This document shows, piece by piece, positions 9,717 through 20,319 of a stretch of DNA of 62,419 nt. This stretch comes from Thermoproteota archaeon. GTDB lineage: Archaea; Korarchaeota; JAOZGF01; JAOZFZ01. A program made the position numbers and the translations under genes. Below the pieces are notes generated by a model. That model was not told the DNA's origin and did not search any database. It worked only from the letters and a program-made list of their open reading frames with translations. Position 1 is the first letter of the stretch. The number at the start of each line of letters is the position of its first letter. The stretch spans positions 1 to 62,419 of the forward strand of contig JAOZFT010000008.1 of assembly GCA_027492035.1 (NCBI GenBank), given 5' to 3'.

Positions 9717-11474
9717 TTGCCGAAGTATACTGGAGGAGAAATTCTAGTCAAATGTTTATTAAAGGAGAAAGTTAAATTTGTTTTCGGCATACCTGGAGAC
9801 CAGCTTAACCCTTTCACAGACGCTATTTACAGGATAGGTTCAAAAGAAGGAATGCAATTCATAATGACAAGGCATGAACAAGCAGCAGCTCACATGGCTG
9901 ATGCTTACTCAAGAGTTACGGGTGAACCTGGAGTATGTACCGGCACAGTAGGGCCCGGTGCAGCTGATCTAGTGCCTGGGGTCTATGTAGCATACGCTGA
10001 CAGTATACCCTTAATTGTAATAACTGCACAAAACCAAACATGGAAATCTTACCCTGACCACGGATCCACTCAGGCCTTGAACCAGAAAAAATTGTTTGAG
10101 GCAATAACAAAGTGGAACGTTGTAGTGAATAGGGTTGAGAGGATACCTGAACTTGTAGAAAGAGGTTTCAGGGTTGCTTTAAGTGGTAAACCAGGGCCTG
10201 TCCATTTAGATTTCCCCGTTGACATCTTTTTTGAAGAAGTTGAAATAGATGAAGACGAGTTCCTGAGACCAAGTCAGTACAGAGCTGTTGAGCCGCCAGC
10301 TGGGGATTTAAAACTTGTTAAAGAAGCAGCTGAAATGCTGATTAAAGCAAAGCTTCCGTTAATTCACGTAGGTAGGGGATTATTGGCTTCAAATGCTTCT
10401 AAAGAATTAATACAATTGGCTGAGTATATTTCAGCACCTGTAACCACGACAGTGGCTGCCAAGGGAGCCATACCTGAAGACCACCCTTTATGTTTGATAT
10501 CTGACGGCTTCGGTGCTTTAGCGGCTCAAAACGATTCAGATGCAGTTTTACTTGTAGGTTCAAAACTTGGAGACTTGGATTTCTGGGGGAAACCACCAGG
10601 CTGGAGTGACCCTTCTGAACAAAAGTTTATTCAAATTGACATTTCACCTGAAATGATAGGTTTAAACAGGAGGGTTGATTTAGCAATTGTCGGAGATGCA
10701 AAAAAGGTTTTAGATTCCCTCTTAAATGAAATAAAGAAGAGGTCACCTAAGATCGAAAGGGATTTAAGTGAATACAAAGAAGCGCAGAGAAACTGGTTAA
10801 AAGAGTTTAGAGAAAAGGCTAAATCAAACAGGAAACCAATCCATCCCCTAAGACTAATCAAGGAAGTTAGGGGCTTTTTTCCAAGAGATGCTATCTCCTG
10901 CATTGATGGAGGAAACACAGCTGTCTGGGCCCACTACCTAAACAGGATATATGAACCTAGAAGCTTTCTTTGGGCAGCTGATTCAGGCCATTTAGGGACG
11001 GGGTTACCATTCGCTATCGGAGCTAAGTTAGCGAACCCTGAGAAACAAGTTTACTTAATAACTGGCGATGGAGCTTTCATGTTCAATATTCAAGAACTTG
11101 AAACAGCTGTAAGGTTGAAAACAAACATAGTGGTCATAGTTGCTAATGACTCAGCTTGGGGAATGATTAAAGGGTCCCAAATGCTTCAATTCAATAAAAG
11201 ATACATAGGAGTTGATTTTTCAGACGTAAGGTATGACAAAGTTGCACAGGCAATGAACTGTTACGGTGAAAGAGTTGAAGACCCAGAAGAAATAAAACCC
11301 GCCCTAGAAAGGGCTGTTTCTTCAAACAAGCCAGCTGTTCTAGACGTGAAAATAGACCGTGAAACAAACCTAAACCCACCGGATTTAGTTACTTTAGCTG
11401 CAATTTGGCTTGAAGGATGTGAACACCCAAAAAGAGAAGTTACAAAGGAAAAGTTAGAGAAAACAGTTGTTTAA
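9717..11474 (+). CDS. Thiamine-pyrophosphate-dependent enzyme (acetolactate synthase-like superfamily)
   Basis: FGIPG, RHEQAAAHMADAY, PGPVHLDFP, TPP motif GDGAF...ND..WGMI. Confidence 0.93.
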   Translation: MPKYTGGEILVKCLLKEKVKFVFGIPGDQLNPFTDAIYRIGSKEGMQFIMTRHEQAAAHMADAYSRVTGEPGVCTGTVGPGAADLVPGVYVAYADSIPLIVITAQNQTWKSYPDHGSTQALNQKKLFEAITKWNVVVNRVERIPELVERGFRVALSGKPGPVHLDFPVDIFFEEVEIDEDEFLRPSQYRAVEPPAGDLKLVKEAAEMLIKAKLPLIHVGRGLLASNASKELIQLAEYISAPVTTTVAAKGAIPEDHPLCLISDGFGALAAQNDSDAVLLVGSKLGDLDFWGKPPGWSDPSEQKFIQIDISPEMIGLNRRVDLAIVGDAKKVLDSLLNEIKKRSPKIERDLSEYKEAQRNWLKEFREKAKSNRKPIHPLRLIKEVRGFFPRDAISCIDGGNTAVWAHYLNRIYEPRSFLWAADSGHLGTGLPFAIGAKLANPEKQVYLITGDGAFMFNIQELETAVRLKTNIVVIVANDSAWGMIKGSQMLQFNKRYIGVDFSDVRYDKVAQAMNCYGERVEDPEEIKPALERAVSSNKPAVLDVKIDRETNLNPPDLVTLAAIWLEGCEHPKREVTKEKLEKTVV

Positions 11475-11711
11475 TGCCAAAAAAAAGAAAGGAAGAAATC
11501 CAACTCTCTTCCTTCCATAAATCCAGCACCTAATAGAGGAAGTTTTAAAATTAAATTTTTAATTAAAAAGGGTTTAATTCATGTGAAAAAGATGCTACGA
11601 AATCTTAACTTTTCCATATCAACTACTTTATGTTTTTTACAAGGCAGAAAATAAAAAACAAAGCCAGTAAAAGTTAAGAGCAAATTTCTTGCTTAAGGGA
11701 GGTTTTGAAAA

Positions 11712-12242
11712 ATGAGAACAGCTTTATTAGTGATTGACATGTTGAAAGAATTCGTTTATGGCAGATTAGGTTTTGAAAATGCGAGAAAGGTAGTTCCAAA
11801 CATTGTTAAGTTGGTGAAGGAAGCAAGAAAGAGAAAAATCCATATTTTCTTTATTTGTGACTCTCATAAACAAGAGGATTATGAATTAAAGATATGGGGG
11901 CCCCATGCCTTAGAGGGGAGTGAGGAAGCTCAACTAATTCCTCAACTAAAACCTGAGGAAGGGGAGGGAATAATCAAGAAAAATACCTACGACGGCTTCT
12001 TTAAAACCAGTTTAGAAAAGGAACTTAAAAAGAAAAGAGTTTCTGAAGTTATTTTAGCAGGGATAATGAGTGACATCTGTGTCCAGCACACTGCAGCTGG
12101 TGCGTTTTTTCGAGAGTTTAAGGTAGTTATTGTTAAGGACGCTGTTGCAGCTTTAACAAAGGAGAGAAATGATGCAGCATTAAATTACATGAAAAAGAAC
12201 TATGGGGCTAAAATAGTTTCTTTAAATGATTTATTTAAGTAA
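11712..12242 (+). CDS. pncA: Isochorismatase-family cysteine hydrolase, probable nicotinamidase
   Basis: LLVIDM, DSH, WGPHA, K..YDGF, DICVQHT catalytic triad; adjacent to pncB. Confidence 0.85.
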   Translation: MRTALLVIDMLKEFVYGRLGFENARKVVPNIVKLVKEARKRKIHIFFICDSHKQEDYELKIWGPHALEGSEEAQLIPQLKPEEGEGIIKKNTYDGFFKTSLEKELKKKRVSEVILAGIMSDICVQHTAAGAFFREFKVVIVKDAVAALTKERNDAALNYMKKNYGAKIVSLNDLFK

Positions 12243-12333
12243 CAAAGGGAATCAGGGAAAAGAATTGAAAATCATTTAAAAGTTGTCGAAAAAGAAATTT
12301 TTCAAATATTTGGAAAAAGAGGGTGTGAACAAA

Positions 12334-13539
12334 ATGAACTTTCTTCACGTTGCTACAGACTCTGAAGTGAAGAAATGTAAAACAACCGATATCTATTTTT
12401 TAAGAACCTATAAAATCCTTGAAAAAAGGGGGTTAAGCAGAAAAAGGGTTACTATGGAGTTTACGGCAGAGAGTTTACCTAACGAGTGGGAATGGGGTGT
12501 CTTGACAGGGACAAATGAATTCATTAAACTCTTTGAAAAAGTACCTGTTGACTTGTACATGTTTAAAGAGGGAACAGTGTTTAAGCCTAAAGATGAAAAC
12601 GGAGTTAGAGCTCCTGTTGCCTTTATTGAAGGCCCCTACAAAGAGTTTTGCATGTTTGAAACACCAGCTTTAGGGTTAATTTGCCAAAGCACAGGGGTTT
12701 CAACAGCTGCAGCCCATATAAAAGTTAAAGCATGGAACAAAGTTTTATTAGCTTTCGGGGCCAGGAGGATGCATCCAGCAATTTCTCCAATGCTTGATTG
12801 GGCAGCTTATGTTGGAGGCTTTGATGCTGTATCTACAATAAAGGGGGCTGAGTTAATAGGTCAAAAACCGGTTGGAACAATGCCTCACGCACTTGTTCTT
12901 GTTTTCGGTGAACAAACTGAGGCGTGGAAGGCTTTTGATGAAGTTGTAGAACCTGAAACACCTAGAATAATGCTTGTGGATACGTTGTTTGACGAAAAAA
13001 CAGAATCTATTTTGGCGGCTGAAACTTTAAAAGATAAACTTTATGGAGTCAGGCTTGATACTCCCTCATCAAGGAAGGGAGAAATGGGTGAAATAATTGA
13101 GGAAGTAAGATGGGAACTGAACATTAGAGGGTTTAAACACGTCAAAATTTTTGTTTCAGGAGGGATAAACGAAAAAAATATTGACGAATTGATTCAGGCG
13201 GGTGCAGACGGCTTCGGTATAGGTACAAGTTTAAGTAATGCACCAACTGTTAACTTTGCAGCTGATATTGTACGTGTAGATGATAAGCCCTTTGCAAAAA
13301 GGGGAAAGTTTTCTGGAAAGAAGCAAGTTTGGAGATGTGAGAAATGTTTCAATTTTAAAGTTACTTCCTGGGGAGTAAAGGAACAAAAGTGTAGTAAGTG
13401 CGGTGGAGAAATGACTCCTTTGCTTGAGAAGGTTATTGAGAAGGGAGAAATTAAGATTAAGCTTCCAAATGCTTCCAGGGCTAGGGATTATGTGATAAAG
13501 CAACTTGAGAAAATTAAGCAATTGGGATTGGGTAAATAA
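12334..13539 (+). CDS. pncB: Nicotinate phosphoribosyltransferase (archaeal type with C-terminal Zn ribbon)
   Basis: TDIYF, FGARRMHP, GTMPHA, GVRLDTP, FVSGG, GFGIGT; CxxC...CxxC at C-terminus. ATG 12334 follows GAGGGTG (track start 12283). Confidence 0.94.
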   Translation: MNFLHVATDSEVKKCKTTDIYFLRTYKILEKRGLSRKRVTMEFTAESLPNEWEWGVLTGTNEFIKLFEKVPVDLYMFKEGTVFKPKDENGVRAPVAFIEGPYKEFCMFETPALGLICQSTGVSTAAAHIKVKAWNKVLLAFGARRMHPAISPMLDWAAYVGGFDAVSTIKGAELIGQKPVGTMPHALVLVFGEQTEAWKAFDEVVEPETPRIMLVDTLFDEKTESILAAETLKDKLYGVRLDTPSSRKGEMGEIIEEVRWELNIRGFKHVKIFVSGGINEKNIDELIQAGADGFGIGTSLSNAPTVNFAADIVRVDDKPFAKRGKFSGKKQVWRCEKCFNFKVTSWGVKEQKCSKCGGEMTPLLEKVIEKGEIKIKLPNASRARDYVIKQLEKIKQLGLGK

Positions 13540-13680
13540 CTTTATTGATTTTTTGTTCAAGAAACAAGGAAGAGCTGTGAAGTAAATTGAAAGTAGATTA
13601 AGATTTCTTTCCTAAAACTAAGAATTTTTGAGGAAAGAGTTGTTTAGGAAGCTGGATTTTTAGGTTCCCGTAAAGCTTCG

Positions 13681-14958
13681 TTAACTCTTTGTCCTGCTCC
13701 TAATTTCTTGCAATATTTTTTTAGCGTTATCAACTCTAACTTTAACTTTTCTTTTAATCATTAACTCAGCAACTGAGTCTATTTCTTCCCCAACTGCCCC
13801 AGCCATGGCTGCAATGTTTTTGGCGTGAAGTACCATGTGTCCCTTTTGAATACCTTCTGTTGCTAAAGCTTTTAAAGCTGCCAAGTTCTGAACTAAACCT
13901 ACAGCCCCCATTATTTCTGCAAGTTCCCTAGCATTTTTAATTCCAAGAATTTTTAGGCTTAATTGAGCTAAAGGGTTTATTTTAGTTGCACCTCCCACTA
14001 TACCGACAGGCATAGGTATTTCAATGCTTCCAACTAGGTCTCCTTCGCTGTTTTTCTCCCATACACTTAAGGAGGTGTATTTACCTGTTTTCGCTGCGTA
14101 AGAGTGAGCCCCTGCTTCAATTGCCCTTGTGTCTTGGCCCGTAGCTAAAGCTACAGCTATTACACCGTTCATAATTCCTTTGTTATGAGTTGCAGCCCTG
14201 TAAGGGTCAGCTTCAGCGAAAGCATAGGCTGAAACTATTCCATCAACTACTTCTTCCCCTCCTAATGCTTCTTTACGTACAACAGTTTTTGCTCTAACAA
14301 CTCTACGGTCAGCTAAGTTTGACACTATCCTTAAATAAACTTTCCCCCCTGTTATTTTTTCAATGTAGGGAGCTACTGCTTCAGCCATTGTGTTTACTGC
14401 ATTAGCTCCCATTGCGTCTTTAACATCAACCAGTAAATGTATAATAACCATTTTACCCTTTAAACTATCCAGAATCCTGACTTCAACATCTTTAGCTCCT
14501 CCCCCAAGCTTAACAAGTACCGGATCTTGTTTATTTGCTAGATCAAGTATTTCTTGTTTCTGGTTAAGAATTTCAAACCTAGCAGAGCCAGGACACTCCA
14601 CGTTCACAAGTTGAATCTGAGCAATCATTACAGGTTCTGTGCTGTTTGTGAAGACACCTCCTCCGCTTCTAGTCATTTTAGCTGCGTTACTAGCTGCTGC
14701 AACAACTGAAGGTTCCTCGATAACCATTGGAATCAAGTAATCTTTACCGTTTATCAAAAAATTTGTAGCTATACCGAAAGGAAGTTCAAAAGTACCTATA
14801 ACGTTTTCAATCATCCTGTTAGCTGTTTCTAAACCAAGTCTACCGGTTTCCTTCAACAATTTAATTTCTTCTTCACTTAAACCTGCAAATTCCTTAACTT
14901 TTTCTATTCTATCTTTTAAACTAAGTTTATAGAAGCCTGGAATTCTTGAATTCAACAC
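13681..14958 (-). CDS. mvaA: Hydroxymethylglutaryl-CoA reductase, class II
   Basis: [49 protein letters not shown]: class II signatures. Confidence 0.95.
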   Translation of the reverse strand: MLNSRIPGFYKLSLKDRIEKVKEFAGLSEEEIKLLKETGRLGLETANRMIENVIGTFELPFGIATNFLINGKDYLIPMVIEEPSVVAAASNAAKMTRSGGGVFTNSTEPVMIAQIQLVNVECPGSARFEILNQKQEILDLANKQDPVLVKLGGGAKDVEVRILDSLKGKMVIIHLLVDVKDAMGANAVNTMAEAVAPYIEKITGGKVYLRIVSNLADRRVVRAKTVVRKEALGGEEVVDGIVSAYAFAEADPYRAATHNKGIMNGVIAVALATGQDTRAIEAGAHSYAAKTGKYTSLSVWEKNSEGDLVGSIEIPMPVGIVGGATKINPLAQLSLKILGIKNARELAEIMGAVGLVQNLAALKALATEGIQKGHMVLHAKNIAAMAGAVGEEIDSVAELMIKRKVKVRVDNAKKILQEIRSRTKS

Positions 14959-15357
14959 TTCTCAACCTCAAAGAAGAAGATGTAACTATCAAATTTTTTC
15001 AAAAAATAATTTTTTAAATGTGCACCTACATAAGCAATTAAAACCCTTTTTTGTTTAAAGGAGGAGTAAACGTTTAAAATACATGTTGTAAATACAAAAG
15101 AAAACCTGCGTAAGTTTTTACCTTAGATTTCTTGAAAAGAAAAAAGCCAAGATAAGGTACCTGGTTAGTTTCAGCTTAATTTTACTTTCAACTTTAACCT
15201 TTAAGAAATTTCCTATGACTTACCCCTGTCTTCCTCTTTTAAAAACTAAAAAGAGGTTGGAGAATGAATAAAGTACTTTTAATAGTAAAACTTTAAAAAG
15301 TAATATATCTCAGTAAAATCTACCAAGGTACACCAAAAAAGTGAGGCGGAAAAATAA

Positions 15358-16314
15358 ATGAGGAAACAGTTGAAGGCAATGTTTATTTTTCTCCTAATTG
15401 TTTTAGTCACTGCAACAATTTTACAAACCCGTTTCTCAAAGAAGGAAAAAAGCCAAGTGAGAATGGCCGTTGAATTAAATGACCACGCTGCAGCAGCTTA
15501 TGTAGCTTTAGACAAGGGATGGTTTAGTAAAAAGGGAATTAACGTTTCAGCTTTCCAAACCTACTTAACAGGTTTGCAGCTTTCCGCTGCCTTAACCAGA
15601 GGAGACATAGATGCAGGCTGGGTTTGTTTACCTCCAGCTATATTAGCTATATCCAAGGGGGTGCCTGTTAAAATAGTGGCTTTAACACATAAATACGGTT
15701 ATTGCTTAGTTGTTAGTCCGGAAATAAAAGAAATTAAGGACTTAAATGGGAAAAGGATAGGTTTGTGTAGAGAGGGAACCCCGACAGATATTCTTTTTCA
15801 TGTATTAATCAAAAAGTACAATATTTCAGACGTCCAAATTCTCCGCATGAACCCTTTACATCAACTTAACGCAATAGTTTCTGGGAGTGTAGATGCTGTT
15901 TTCTGTCCAGAACATTATGCTTCAGTAATTGAATCAAAAGGGTTTAGGGTGTTAGTTGAATCCAGAGATTTATGGAGCAACTGGCCTGGAAGCGTATTGG
16001 TTGTAAAGAAAAAGTTTTTAGAAGAGAAACCTGGTTTGGTTAAGGAAATAGTGGAAGTTACAGTTGAAGCAACAAATTGGATCAATATGAACAGAAACGG
16101 AGCAGCGTTAATTTTAAGCAAGCCAGAGTACCTAAAAACCAACGCTTCCATAATAACCAGATCTATGAGTAGGTTGAAATACACTAACGACCTAAACTTA
16201 AGTTCCATACAAAAAGTAATTGATTACATGACTAAATTAGGGTACATAGGCGAAGGAGTGAAGGCAGAAGATATAGTGGATACAAGTTTTCTTAACCAAA
16301 TTAGGGAGGGGTGA
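15358..16314 (+). CDS. ABC transporter substrate-binding protein (NitT/TauT/SsuA family)
   Basis: N-terminal TM; YVALDKGWF, L..GDID, DLNGKRIG, G.VDA; first gene of an ABC operon. Confidence 0.88.
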   Translation: MRKQLKAMFIFLLIVLVTATILQTRFSKKEKSQVRMAVELNDHAAAAYVALDKGWFSKKGINVSAFQTYLTGLQLSAALTRGDIDAGWVCLPPAILAISKGVPVKIVALTHKYGYCLVVSPEIKEIKDLNGKRIGLCREGTPTDILFHVLIKKYNISDVQILRMNPLHQLNAIVSGSVDAVFCPEHYASVIESKGFRVLVESRDLWSNWPGSVLVVKKKFLEEKPGLVKEIVEVTVEATNWINMNRNGAALILSKPEYLKTNASIITRSMSRLKYTNDLNLSSIQKVIDYMTKLGYIGEGVKAEDIVDTSFLNQIREG

Positions 16315-16320
16315 AGAGGG

Positions 16321-17076
16321 ATGAAGGGGAAAGATAGGTTTATTCCTTTAATTTCTTTACTACTCCTTGGTTTAAGTTGGGAAATAATAAGTGATTTAAA
16401 CCTTGCTCCTTCCTTTCTTTTCCCCTCTTTAACAAAAACACTATGGAAAATGTTCCAGTTACTTCAAACAGGCGAACTTGTCAAAGATTTCATTAAAAGC
16501 TTAGTGAGGGTTCTAATTGGATTCACCCTAGGTTCAGCTGTTGGGGTGGTTGTGGGGATACTTGTTGGTTTAAATGAAACTCTTTACAAGTTTCTGAACC
16601 CTATTTTTACACTTTTCTATGCAATACCAGCACTCGGTTGGGCACCTATCTTCATGATCTGGATAGGCTTAGGAGACACACTTCCCATATCTCTTATTTT
16701 TATCTGTTCATTCTTTCCACTACTTTACAACACAGTTACTGGAATAAGGTCTGTCAGTAAGGATTTAATTGAGGCTGCAAGGACACTAGGTGCTTCACCT
16801 TTACAAGTTCTAACCACAATCATGCTTCCACAAGCTGCATTGAACATTTTCACCGGTTTACGTTTAGAAGCAGGCATGGCTTGGAGGGTTGTAATAGCAG
16901 CTGAAATGATAGCCGTACCCACTGGAGTAGGGGCCCTAGCTATTAAAGCTGAAAGTTTATTGCAAGTGGATACCATATTTGTTTGTTTAATGGTTCTAGC
17001 TTTAACGTGTTTCCTTTTCGACAAAGGGTTTGAATTCCTTGAACATAAAACTCAAAGGTGGAGAGAGATTGACTGA
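16321..17076 (+). CDS. ABC transporter permease (SsuC/TauC family)
   Basis: SLVRVLIGF, IPALGWAP, EAA loop EAARTLGAS, AWRVVIAAEM. Confidence 0.92.
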   Translation: MKGKDRFIPLISLLLLGLSWEIISDLNLAPSFLFPSLTKTLWKMFQLLQTGELVKDFIKSLVRVLIGFTLGSAVGVVVGILVGLNETLYKFLNPIFTLFYAIPALGWAPIFMIWIGLGDTLPISLIFICSFFPLLYNTVTGIRSVSKDLIEAARTLGASPLQVLTTIMLPQAALNIFTGLRLEAGMAWRVVIAAEMIAVPTGVGALAIKAESLLQVDTIFVCLMVLALTCFLFDKGFEFLEHKTQRWREID

Positions 17077-18118
17077 AATTAAACTTGAGAACATCAGCAA
17101 CAGTTATATTCTTCGAAACGTAAGCTTAACTGTGCATAATAAAGAATTTTTTGTCCTCTTAGGCCCAACAGGAGCCGGGAAAACAACATTGTTAAATGTC
17201 ATAGCAGGCTTAACTAATTATGAAGGTAGAGTGTACTTTGATGGAGAAAGTGTAGACAAATTACCCCCTCACAAAAGACAAATAGGGTATGTCTTCCAAA
17301 ATTTAGCTTTATTTCCTCATTTAGACGTTTCTCAAAACATAGCCTACGGTTTAAAGGTGCGTAAAGAGGGAAGGGAAAAAATTAGTCAAGTAACTAAAGA
17401 AATGATTAAATTGATGAAGCTTAAAGGGTTGGAGCATCGTTTCCCAAACAGTTTAAGCGGTGGAGAAAGGCAGAGGGTAGCTTTAGCAAGAGCCTTAGCT
17501 ATAAAACCTAAAATTCTGCTTTTAGATGAACCACTAAATAATTTGGATGAAAGAACAAGGAAATACCTTAGGCTAGAGTTCAAATACCTACAAAGGAAAC
17601 TGGGAATAACAACAATTTTCGTCACTCACGACCTCAAAGAAGCTCAAGAAATAGGGGATAGGATAGGTGTGATTTTTAAGGGGGAGCTGCAACAAACAGG
17701 AAAAGTTAAAAAAGTTGTTTCAAACCCGAAAAATAAAGAAATAGCTGAATTTCTAGGTTCAGACAACATTTTAACCTGTGAGAAAATTAATGCTTTGAGG
17801 AAGGGACTAATTGAAGCTTTATGTCAAGACTTGAAACTGGTAATACCCTACGAGAAAGAAAGAATTGGAAAAATAATTATTTCGCCAAGAGAAATCTATA
17901 TCTCAACCTACAATATACCTGGACCAAAAATAAACATTTTCAGGGGAATAGTTACAGAAATAAACCATGTAACTGACTCAGTAGCTAAAGTAAAGGTTAA
18001 GGTGGGGAGGACGGAGTTAACGGCTGAAACCGCCTCAGAAATAATTGAAAACCTAAAACTTGGCAGAGGAAGCAGAGTCTACGCTAAAATAAAGCTTAAA
18101 GGAATAAGAGCAATTTAA
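17030..18118 (+). CDS. ABC transporter ATPase with C-terminal TOBE domain (ModC/WtpC/PotA-like)
   Basis: GPTGAGKT, LSGGERQR, LLLDEP; C-terminal N.F.G.V..I...V.V...L.A......L.LG..VYA.IK. The real start may be the TTG near 17069. Confidence 0.92.
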   Translation: MNSLNIKLKGGERLTEIKLENISNSYILRNVSLTVHNKEFFVLLGPTGAGKTTLLNVIAGLTNYEGRVYFDGESVDKLPPHKRQIGYVFQNLALFPHLDVSQNIAYGLKVRKEGREKISQVTKEMIKLMKLKGLEHRFPNSLSGGERQRVALARALAIKPKILLLDEPLNNLDERTRKYLRLEFKYLQRKLGITTIFVTHDLKEAQEIGDRIGVIFKGELQQTGKVKKVVSNPKNKEIAEFLGSDNILTCEKINALRKGLIEALCQDLKLVIPYEKERIGKIIISPREIYISTYNIPGPKINIFRGIVTEINHVTDSVAKVKVKVGRTELTAETASEIIENLKLGRGSRVYAKIKLKGIRAI

Positions 18119-18143
18119 TTTTTTCAAAAGAGGGCTTAACAAA

Positions 18144-18869
18144 TTGTACAAAAGGGTATATGAGTTTTTTAAAAGAATAGTCGAGAGGGAGCAATTACTT
18201 CAAGAAAAGATTTCATGTGAAATACTTATTCCACCCCCTAAACTTCCTTCCAAAGAGTATGCCTTAGAAAAAGGGAGGGAAGTTATTTTACAATGCAGAT
18301 TCAGGAATTCAATAGGGCAAGCCTTCACAAGCAAACCTAAAGAGTACAAAGGGAAAATAAAAGATGTCCTAAAAATGGTTTTTGGAAAAGAAAGCGAGAA
18401 AGCAATTTTCTTTTCAGTTTTAAACGCAGTTTTTAGGGAGTTAGGTTTCATAGAAGGAACTGTTCACTGCAAAGGAGTTGAAGCTGAACTTTGTGGGGTA
18501 AAAATGGCTGATTACGCTTCAAAAAAATTCAGTAAAGTGAAGATAGTGCATATAGGTTACCAACCAGGCCATATAAAGGCTTTGATAAATAAATTCGGGG
18601 AAGAAAATGTTCTAGTCACAGATTTAAACCCTGAAAACATAGGGAAAAGTAAGTTCGGTACAAAAATAATCGATGGATCATTAAATAAACAAGTAATTAC
18701 GGGTGCAGGAATAGTTTTTGTCACAGGCAGCACTATCATAAACAACACTTTACCCGAAATTCTGAAATACTGTAAAATTAAAGGAATTGAAGTTTTGATG
18801 TACGGCGTAACAGGTAAAGCAGCTGCCAAAATATTAAATATAAAAAATTTTTGTCCATATGGACATTAA
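18144..18869 (+). CDS. DUF364 (Rossmann-like) family protein
   Basis: GQAFT, LNAV, HC, IG(Y)QP, VTGSTIINNTL, C-terminal CPYG. Confidence 0.8.
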   Translation: MYKRVYEFFKRIVEREQLLQEKISCEILIPPPKLPSKEYALEKGREVILQCRFRNSIGQAFTSKPKEYKGKIKDVLKMVFGKESEKAIFFSVLNAVFRELGFIEGTVHCKGVEAELCGVKMADYASKKFSKVKIVHIGYQPGHIKALINKFGEENVLVTDLNPENIGKSKFGTKIIDGSLNKQVITGAGIVFVTGSTIINNTLPEILKYCKIKGIEVLMYGVTGKAAAKILNIKNFCPYGH

Positions 18870-19087
18870 AAGAATAAAAATGCAGATTCCATAAATTTTA
18901 GAGAAAGTACATGGAGGAAAACTTAACTATCTAAGTAAAGACAAACACTGAAAATTGAAAAAAGACATGGAAGTTTACTTAAAAAACTAGTTTTAACCAC
19001 ATTAATATTCATGGAAACATTTATTGTGAGAGGCAGAAAACTGCAAGGTAAAAGGAGTTCCTTAGAAAAAATGAAGAAGGCGAGAAG

Positions 19088-19309
19088 ATGTACCCTTCCC
19101 TACAGAAAATTGTTGTAGACAAAGAAATTAAGTTAAAAGACCTCCTTTTAAAACTAGGGAAAGAATACTTATACTCCTATGAAAGGAACACTTTAGGGGT
19201 TTATGTAAAAAATAGAGCAGTATATCCTTCAATGATTTTGAAACCCGGCGATGAAGTAATTATTTATCCTGTAATAGCTGGAGGGACAGGGTCAGGAATA
19301 AGTTGCTAG
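19088..19309 (+). CDS. MoaD/ThiS/SAMP ubiquitin-like protein with C-terminal extension (possibly damaged)
   Basis: LKDLL..LG, VYV.N, LKPGDEVIIYPVIAGG followed by TGSGISC*. Confidence 0.75.
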   Translation: MYPSLQKIVVDKEIKLKDLLLKLGKEYLYSYERNTLGVYVKNRAVYPSMILKPGDEVIIYPVIAGGTGSGISC

Positions 19310-19479
19310 ATAAATTAAGCAAGGTAATATTGAGCTTGTAGGAATTAGTAGAGAGTTTAGGGTTCCAGAAAACGAAGTGGGAGGGCTATTTAAAGGAAAA
19401 AGTTGCCTTAGTACTGCGACTATTTACACAAGAGCTTCATCACACTCCAAGAAAGCAACTTAGATAAGTAACATCTTTT

Positions 19480-19870
19480 GCTGAAAAATTATACGGAACG
19501 ATGAGTCACAAGGAAAAGAGGTTGCACTTAGATTCAAATTAGGAAGAAAATTAAAAATATCCTTTTAGGAAGATAAAGAATAGGGCTGCATAGGTGGAGT
19601 TTCCGTAAATTTCAGTTCATTACAGAATATAGGCTGAATTAAATGGAATTTTTATAATTCATGTTAATACTAAGGATACTTCTACTTACTGCCCCGATAC
19701 GTGGGGCAAAAACTAAGCCTGAATGGACAATATAGAGTTCAAAAATGCAGAAGATTTAGATTATAAGCGGATAGAAACGTTATAGGAGCTTAAAACATTA
19801 GATTAGAACGAATAAATGTGAGGGGCACAATTCCCTGCGAAAACCCATTACTGAACCTGAGGCGGGAAGG
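19480..19870 (+). mobile_element. tnpB: Decayed IS200/IS605-family tnpB remnant (3' part)
   Basis: Across frameshifts and stops: LHRWSFRKFQFITEYR / AELNGIFIIHVNTKDTSTYCP / LSLNGQYRVQKC..*ADRNVIGA*NIRL. This is the TnpB RuvC-II downstream region, Zn ribbon and DRD..GA.NI motif. Not in the ORF track. Confidence 0.85.
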
Positions 19871-20319
19871 CTCTCCGCTACAAACAATATCAAAAAGTTA
19901 TAGAGTATCGGAAACTCGAACAGTTAATCAGCAACATGGAATTTGACACGGAAAAAGTAAACTTTTTAAAAAATAAAAATTTAAAAGCAAAAGGTTTACT
20001 TAATTAGATATACTAAAGTTGCTTTTAACAAAGTTAGGCGAGCAATTGTAGTTTAAGAGGGTAAATGAGTCTAAAGCCAAAAGTTTTTATTTTTTGGCAT
20101 AAGTGGAAATCTTCAAAAAATTTTTCTGTGACATATTTGTTTTAAGGGGGTTCCTATTTTATTCGTGTTCAGCCTCCTATATCCTTTCTAGGCCTTCGTT
20201 AATATTTTAAAACTAGATTTCTATTTTTGTTTTCTTTCTTAGGTTAAAAGGTTGTTTTCTTTCATTTTCTAAATAAAATAAAAGATAATTTTAAATGATG
20301 TAACTTATTAAAAGATAAG

